Positions 58,592 through 64,000 of a stretch of DNA of 64,000 nucleotides are shown here, in pieces. The notes under the pieces were generated by a model. It ran no database searches and was not told where the DNA came from. It worked only from the letters and a program-made list of their open reading frames with translations. The DNA is taken from positions 256,001 through 320,000 of the forward strand of contig JAWLHY010000004.1 in NCBI GenBank assembly GCA_041690135.1, in the 5' to 3' direction. The stretch's first letter is position 1, and each line of letters opens with the position of its first letter. Source of the stretch: Armatimonadota bacterium (GTDB lineage: Bacteria; Armatimonadota; SYMT01). The position numbers were made by a program, and so were the translations under genes.

Positions 58592-60964
58592 TTAGCCCGA
58601 TTCCCCCAACGCCGCCAGGGCCAGTCCTGATTCGCCCGCGACGGAGTAGAGCAGGTAAACGCGGCCGTCCTCGATGAAGATGGCCGGGTCTCGCACGCCG
58701 TTTTCGGGGCCTTTCACGGCGCCGGCACGGGACGGTCGTACCGGCAGGTCCGTCCCCTCGTAGGGCAACTCCGGCTTGAGGATGAGCTGTGGGTCGGAGG
58801 CTTTCCACTGGCGCCAGTCCGGGCGGAGATCGATGCGGCTGCGCAAAATCGACTCCGGCGCGTCCCCGATGCGGGAGTAGTAGACGTCGAGCGTGTCGCC
58901 GCGTGGGTGGAGCGCCACGTGCCGAAGGCTGCCGGGCTGGTTGCGGGCCGCGTCCTGGTTGGGGACCTCCGGGAAAGGGTTGCCGCCCGGCTCGAACCCG
59001 GTGAGCCCGTCGCGGGAGCGGAACAGGTCGCCGCCCTTGGCCATGGCGTACCAGTAATCGCCGTAGGGGAACACGCGGAAGTAGAAGGTCCCGAGGACTT
59101 CCTCCGAGGCTTTGAAGCTCAACCCGTCCTTCGAGATGGCGACGAACGACTTCTGTCCGTCGCCGCGCGCCGAGGGGCCGTGGAAGTACATCCGGACCTG
59201 TTTCCGCACCGGGTCGAGGTGGACATCGGGCGAGGCGATGTGCCCCCGCGCGGCCGGGACCTCCTTCAGGTGGAGCGTGCCCGGCGCGTGGATCTTCCAC
59301 GGGCCTTCCAGGCGGTCCGCATAGGCCAGGCGGATGTACGTGCCGCCGTGGTGCGCGAAGTAGAGGTAGTACCGCCCGAGCGGGTTGGGGATCCAGTCCG
59401 GCACCCGGATCAGGGAGGGGCCGTTGATGTTGGCGCCATCGCGGCCGGGGAGCATCTCCGGTCGGATGATGGGGTTGCCGGAGAATCGGCGCACCCGCAC
59501 GCCTGGCTCAAACCCGGCTCGCGTCTTACCGTCATGATCGATCAGGGGCTGGGCGGCGGACACCTTGCCCAGTGGCCGGCAGCCGAGGGCGGGACCGTCG
59601 AGGCCGAGGTCTTCCTTCGCCGCCGCGACGAGCCCGAGGAGCTTCTCCACGACTTCGGGCTGAGCCGCGGCCGCGTCGCTTGCCTCCCCCATATCGGTGC
59701 GGAGGTGGTAGAGCTTCGGCTTTCCGTTCGGGTTCTGGGCGGGCGGCAACTGCAGCTTCCAATCCCCGTGCCGGACCGCCTCCAGGCGCAGGCCGCGGTA
59801 ATAGTAGAAGGTCTCGTGCGCGGGTTTCGCGCCCGGCGTGCCGGCGAGGTGGGGCCAGAGGTTCACCCCGTCGAGCTTGCGGTCGGCGGGAGCCTCCGCG
59901 CCCGCGAGCGCCGCGAAAGTGGGCAGGATGTCGAACATCGCGCCGACAGCATCCGTTTCCGTCCCCGCGGGGACCTTCCCCGGCCACCAGGCGATGAACG
60001 GGACGCGGATCCCGCCTTCCAGCGTGCTGCCCTTATGGCCCCGGAGCGGCGTGTTCAGTCCGCGCCGCGTACCGCCGTTGTCGCTGGTGAAGATGACCAG
60101 GGTCCGCTCCGCCAGCCCCTGCTTGCGGACGGCGTCGAGCACCTGGCCCACGCTCCAGTCGACCTCCTCCACCCAGTCGGAGTAGAGGCCGTGCGGGGAC
60201 TTTCCGGCCCATTTCTTTCCGGGGTAAAGCGGGAAGTGGACGGCGCTGTGCGGCAGGTAGAGGAAGAAGGGGCGGGACTTGCTGCGCTCGATGAACCGGA
60301 CCGCTTCCGTGGTGTACTGCTCCACAAGCGCCTGCTGGTCGTCCGGCAGTACGCGCTTGAGCACGGTCTCGTTCCGCATCAGCGGCAGGGGCGGCTGGCC
60401 CTTGCCCTTTGCGGCCGGCAGGGGTTTTCCCAGGTCGCTCTTCACGCCGTCCGCGGCGGGACCCATGTCGTTGGAGTACGGCAGGCCGTAGAAGTACTCG
60501 AAGCCCTGCCGGGTAGGCAGGAACTCCGGCTGGTCGCCCAGGTGCCACTTCCCGACCATGCCGGTGGCGTAGCCGGCGCCCTTCAGGACCTCCGCCACCG
60601 TGACCTCTTCCGGCGCCAACCCCACGTCGTTGCCTGGAAAGAGCACATGCGGGATCGGCAGCGCCCGCTTGGCGTAGGAGCCAGTCATCAGGGCCGCCCG
60701 CGACGGAGAGCAGACCGGCGCAGCGTAGAAAGAGGTCAGCTTCCGCCCTTCCCGGGCCATCCGGTCGAGGTTCGGCGTCCGGTTGAGCTTCGATCCGAAC
60801 GGCCCGATGTCCGCATAACCCAGGTCATCGATGTTGATGAGGATAAAGTTGGGACGCTCGCCCGCCGGTCTCTCCGCGGCGCGGGGTTTGGCCACCGGGA
60901 GCAGCAGCAGCCCGCCGGCCAAGAGGGCGAGCAGGCCGGCGGACCAACTCGGAAGGCTTTTCAT
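58592..60964 (-). CDS. Sulfatase fused to a C-terminal beta-propeller glycosidase-like domain
   Basis: PNFILINIDDLG, VCSPSR, GKWHLG, PYSNDM; then NPIIRP..NINGPS..YYLYFAHH..HIASPD..RDPAIF. Confidence 0.88.
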   Translation of the reverse strand: MKSLPSWSAGLLALLAGGLLLLPVAKPRAAERPAGERPNFILINIDDLGYADIGPFGSKLNRTPNLDRMAREGRKLTSFYAAPVCSPSRAALMTGSYAKRALPIPHVLFPGNDVGLAPEEVTVAEVLKGAGYATGMVGKWHLGDQPEFLPTRQGFEYFYGLPYSNDMGPAADGVKSDLGKPLPAAKGKGQPPLPLMRNETVLKRVLPDDQQALVEQYTTEAVRFIERSKSRPFFLYLPHSAVHFPLYPGKKWAGKSPHGLYSDWVEEVDWSVGQVLDAVRKQGLAERTLVIFTSDNGGTRRGLNTPLRGHKGSTLEGGIRVPFIAWWPGKVPAGTETDAVGAMFDILPTFAALAGAEAPADRKLDGVNLWPHLAGTPGAKPAHETFYYYRGLRLEAVRHGDWKLQLPPAQNPNGKPKLYHLRTDMGEASDAAAAQPEVVEKLLGLVAAAKEDLGLDGPALGCRPLGKVSAAQPLIDHDGKTRAGFEPGVRVRRFSGNPIIRPEMLPGRDGANINGPSLIRVPDWIPNPLGRYYLYFAHHGGTYIRLAYADRLEGPWKIHAPGTLHLKEVPAARGHIASPDVHLDPVRKQVRMYFHGPSARGDGQKSFVAISKDGLSFKASEEVLGTFYFRVFPYGDYWYAMAKGGDLFRSRDGLTGFEPGGNPFPEVPNQDAARNQPGSLRHVALHPRGDTLDVYYSRIGDAPESILRSRIDLRPDWRQWKASDPQLILKPELPYEGTDLPVRPSRAGAVKGPENGVRDPAIFIEDGRVYLLYSVAGESGLALAALGESG

Positions 60965-61176
60965 GGGGGCTTTGCTCCTCAACGTTGAGGCGGTTTTCCG
61001 CCACCCCAGGGTGCGGACTCTTCTGACACAGAGGGACACCGAGTATACGAGAGAGGACACAGATTCTCTGATGCCTGTTCGCCGTGGGATGCCAGTGGGT
61101 CCTGCGCCGAACGATGGAGCTTACGGGGAGCGGCGGTATAGCCGGGGATAGGGTAGGATGGATCAGAGGTACCCCG

Positions 61177-61467
61177 ATGAGCTACTCTCTTCAGAGACGT
61201 CTTCTGATCCGGACTTGCGCGATCGCCGGAATCGTTGGCGGCTTCGTTCTCTCGCAAGGTGCCCTGGGCGCCACCGTGCGAGTGTTAAAGAGCCGAGATC
61301 CGGAACGCCGCGGCTGCGGAATGCTGGCACCCTCCCACCATTCCGCGGGGGTAACGCTCGGAGGTGGGGCCGGCTGGATGCTGGGCCTGGTCCTGGCGGG
61401 CAGAAGGGGGTCAACTCCCCCGCACGATGAGCCAGATCAGGAACCCGATCGAAGCCAGCAGGCTTAG
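61177..61467 (+). CDS. Possible small membrane protein
   Basis: Two hydrophobic Gly-rich stretches; GAGG upstream; overlaps the end of the convergent gene. Confidence 0.3.
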   Translation: MSYSLQRRLLIRTCAIAGIVGGFVLSQGALGATVRVLKSRDPERRGCGMLAPSHHSAGVTLGGGAGWMLGLVLAGRRGSTPPHDEPDQEPDRSQQA

Positions 61468-62133
61468 CCCGCCCATTATGCTGCCCGCGTAAGCCAGGCC
61501 TTTGCCGGGGAGATCCGGCTGCCGCGCGATGCGGCGGAGGGCGTTCACCCCCACCACCAGCGCGGCGATGCACACCGGCCACCCGCAACCGGGCAGCAGC
61601 CCCACGAACAGTGAGAGGATCCCCAGCCACAGCGCATTCTGCGGCGCGGAGAACCGGCGGGCTTCCAGGGCGCCCCGCTGCCACATCAGGTCGAAACAGC
61701 GGATGCAGTAGTTCTTGCCCTCGAACGCCGTGTTGCAGAGCCCGCACATGAAGTCGCCGCACCGGTCGCACGTGGAGTAGGCGGGGTTGTTGGGATGGAA
61801 GGCGCAGGCTCCCAGGACCGGTACCGGGGCGGGATTCGCCGGAATGGGTGCAGCCGCCGTGAGCGCCCCAAGATCAAACTCGCCCACGCTCTGCGACCCC
61901 ATCGGAGCGGAGGAGGATCCCGGGCCGGCATTTCCGGCGTGCCAGGAGGGAGCCGTCGGCACCTGGATGGGATAGGCCCGGAATGTCTGCTTCAGCGCCT
62001 CATGCTTGCACGCGGCGCAGACTTCCGTGCCCTGGAGCGGCACCAGGCAATCCGCGCAGAGAGGTCGTTTGCAGCGGGAACAGACTCGGCTCGCCTCGGT
62101 GAGCGGGTGATTCAGACAGTAGGCCATGGACAT
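61411..62133 (-). CDS. B-box-like zinc-finger and DUF4190 membrane protein
   Basis: Two CxxHP..CxxC..CxxC..CxxC units; ALWLGILSLF..GKGLAYAG. Confidence 0.82.
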   Translation of the reverse strand: MSMAYCLNHPLTEASRVCSRCKRPLCADCLVPLQGTEVCAACKHEALKQTFRAYPIQVPTAPSWHAGNAGPGSSSAPMGSQSVGEFDLGALTAAAPIPANPAPVPVLGACAFHPNNPAYSTCDRCGDFMCGLCNTAFEGKNYCIRCFDLMWQRGALEARRFSAPQNALWLGILSLFVGLLPGCGWPVCIAALVVGVNALRRIARQPDLPGKGLAYAGSIMGGLSLLASIGFLIWLIVRGS

Positions 62134-62310
62134 CCAGGGGAGGCAAAGGTCGGTTGCCGGTCGAACAGCAGCGTATCTACCGGCAGTACAGTTCCCGATC
62201 CGGGGCGCGTCCCCCTCTTCCGCCCAGCCGCCCTACCGGCTGGTCGGCGTGCCGGGCTCGCGCCGACATCCGGAGCCTACCTACTGTCGATTCCGTAAAG
62301 GCGGGCCGAC

Positions 62311-63111
62311 ATGATCACTGTGACCAAACCACAGGCATCCCGACCGGAATCCGCGCCGCTGATCGAGTTGATCGGCGTCACCGTCCGGCACCGCGAACAG
62401 AACCTGGCCCTCGATGACGTCAGCGTACGGGTCGAGCGAGGCGAGTACGTCTTTATCGTGGGCCAGACGGGGAGCGGTAAGTCGTCTCTGCTCCGCCTTT
62501 TGATCCATGAGCTCCGCCCGACGGCGGGAGAAGTCTGGGTCGACGGAGAAAACGTCGCCACACTCAAGCCGCGGCACATTCCACAGCTCCGGCGGAAAAT
62601 CGGTTTTGTGTTCCAGGACTTCCGTCTTCTACCGGAACGCACGCTGGAGGAAAACGTCGCGTTCGCGCTCCGGGTGATCGGTATCCATGGCAAGGAGCTC
62701 CGCCGGCGGACGTTCGAGGCGCTCGAGCGGGTGGGATTGATGTCGAAGGGCAAGATGTACCCCCACCAGGTCTCCGGCGGCGAGCAGCAGCGGGCGGCCG
62801 TGGCCCGGGCCATCGTCAATACGCCGGGGCTGTTGCTGGCTGATGAGCCTACCGGCAACCTCGATCCCATGACCTCGCTGGAGATCATGGAGCTTCTGGA
62901 ACAGATCAACCGCTCCGGCACCACGGTGCTGGTAGCCACGCACGACCAGCAGATTGTGGACGCCATGTGCAAGCGGGTGGTCCAGCTTGAGAGCGGACGG
63001 ATCGTCCGCGACGAAGCCCGGGGCCGTTACTCCGTCAGCCGCTTACTCACTACCACTCCCCCTCCCCCTCCCACAGAAGTCGAGCCATGTTCGGTAGTCT
63101 CTTCTTCCTGA
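62311..63111 (+). CDS. ftsE: Cell division ATP-binding protein FtsE
   Basis: GQTGSGKS, LRRKIGFVFQDFRLL, SGGEQQR, LADEPTGNLDP; followed by ftsX. Confidence 0.93.
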   Translation: MITVTKPQASRPESAPLIELIGVTVRHREQNLALDDVSVRVERGEYVFIVGQTGSGKSSLLRLLIHELRPTAGEVWVDGENVATLKPRHIPQLRRKIGFVFQDFRLLPERTLEENVAFALRVIGIHGKELRRRTFEALERVGLMSKGKMYPHQVSGGEQQRAAVARAIVNTPGLLLADEPTGNLDPMTSLEIMELLEQINRSGTTVLVATHDQQIVDAMCKRVVQLESGRIVRDEARGRYSVSRLLTTTPPPPPTEVEPCSVVSSS

Positions 63112-63968
63112 TCCGCGAGGCCTGGCTCAACCTCCGTCGCCAGGGCCTGATGGCGGTCGCGTGTGTGAGCACGTCGGCCATCGCCTTGCTCATTCTCGGG
63201 GTCTTTTTCCTCATCGGCACCCAGCTCTACCGGGTGGTCGACGGCGCGCCGCGCCAGATGGAGATCCACGCCTTCATGCGAGAAGGCGCCACTCGCGCCC
63301 AGGCCACGGCCCTGCAGGAGCGCCTGGAGGACATGCCCGGGGTGGCCGTGGCCCGCCTCGTGACCCGGGAGCAGGCCTGGACCGAGTTCCGGCAGAAGTC
63401 GAGCTTCAAGGACGTGCTGGACGGGTTCAAGGAGAACCCGCTCCCGGACATGCTGCGGATCGTCACCACGACCCCCGAGGAGACCCTGCGGCTGGCCGAT
63501 TGGGTTCGCTCCCTGCCGGAGGTCGACCACGTGAACGAGGGCAAGGAAGTCGTCCGGCAGTTGCTTACCATCTACAACGTGATCCGCACCGCGGGTGTCG
63601 TGCTGGCGGTGCTCCTGGGGCTGGGCACGGCGGCCATCATCAGCAACGCCATCCGCATGACGCTATTTGCGCGGCGCCGCGACATCCGGGTCATGCAGCT
63701 CGTCGGTGCGACCAACAGCTTTATCCGCTTCCCGTTCCTGCTGGAAGGCATGGCGGAAGGCGCTCTCGGCGGCGGGATCGCTTCCGGGCTCCTCCTTGCG
63801 GCGCTTCACTACTACACCACCCGGGTGCAACCCACCGTGCCGGTGGTGAACCAGTTCGAGCTGGACCTCAATCGCCTGCTGTTCGTCGGCATCCTGGTAG
63901 GCGGCGGGGCCGTGCTCGGAATGGTGGGGAGCCTGCTTTCTATGCGGAAGTTCCTGCACGCAACCTAG
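63087..63968 (+). CDS. ftsX: Cell division permease FtsX
   Basis: IREAWLNLRR, ENPLPD, ISNAIRMTLFARRRDIRVMQLVGAT..FIRFPFLLEG. Confidence 0.93.
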   Translation: MFGSLFFLIREAWLNLRRQGLMAVACVSTSAIALLILGVFFLIGTQLYRVVDGAPRQMEIHAFMREGATRAQATALQERLEDMPGVAVARLVTREQAWTEFRQKSSFKDVLDGFKENPLPDMLRIVTTTPEETLRLADWVRSLPEVDHVNEGKEVVRQLLTIYNVIRTAGVVLAVLLGLGTAAIISNAIRMTLFARRRDIRVMQLVGATNSFIRFPFLLEGMAEGALGGGIASGLLLAALHYYTTRVQPTVPVVNQFELDLNRLLFVGILVGGGAVLGMVGSLLSMRKFLHAT

Positions 63969-64000
63969 TGGGATACGGACTGAGGTTTTGAAACACTCTC

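Noticed and set aside
1-64000. tRNA, rRNA, prophage or integrase
   Set aside because: None recognised by eye; short structured RNAs could have been missed without covariance searches

Overview
High-GC bacterial chromosomal window, probably Armatimonadota or another PVC-like heterotroph (inferred from DUF1559 prepilin-like genes, DUF1501/DUF1553 and DUF1592/DUF1552 pairs and five Cys-type sulfatases). Most of it is carbohydrate/sulfate-ester catabolism, ending in ftsE-ftsX. Two loci stand out. (1) A 794-aa reverse-transcriptase-like protein (44013-46397, minus) with the full architecture of the rvt (RVT) class of cellular RT-related genes, known mostly from fungi and rare in bacteria; it lies inside a sugar/inositol-type catabolic operon, overlaps the next gene (ATGA) and has a hairpin-rich leader. 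(2) A mostly tightly coupled cluster (15024-23428) encoding a cysteine desulfurase, GcvH-like carrier, CobW GTPase, Cys-rich protein, ferredoxin, radical SAM enzyme, DUF116-polyprenyl synthase and prenyltransferase-beta-like protein, suggesting an uncharacterised sulfur/isoprenoid pathway. Also present: a probable pseudo-ATPase PilB/GspE with an intact MshEN motif, a catalytically degenerate serine-recombinase domain, a nucleotidyltransferase two-gene module, and many intergenic REP-like and short tandem repeats, several bracketing single accessory genes. No rRNA, tRNA or CRISPR array was seen. All family assignments come from motif recognition by eye, not database searches.
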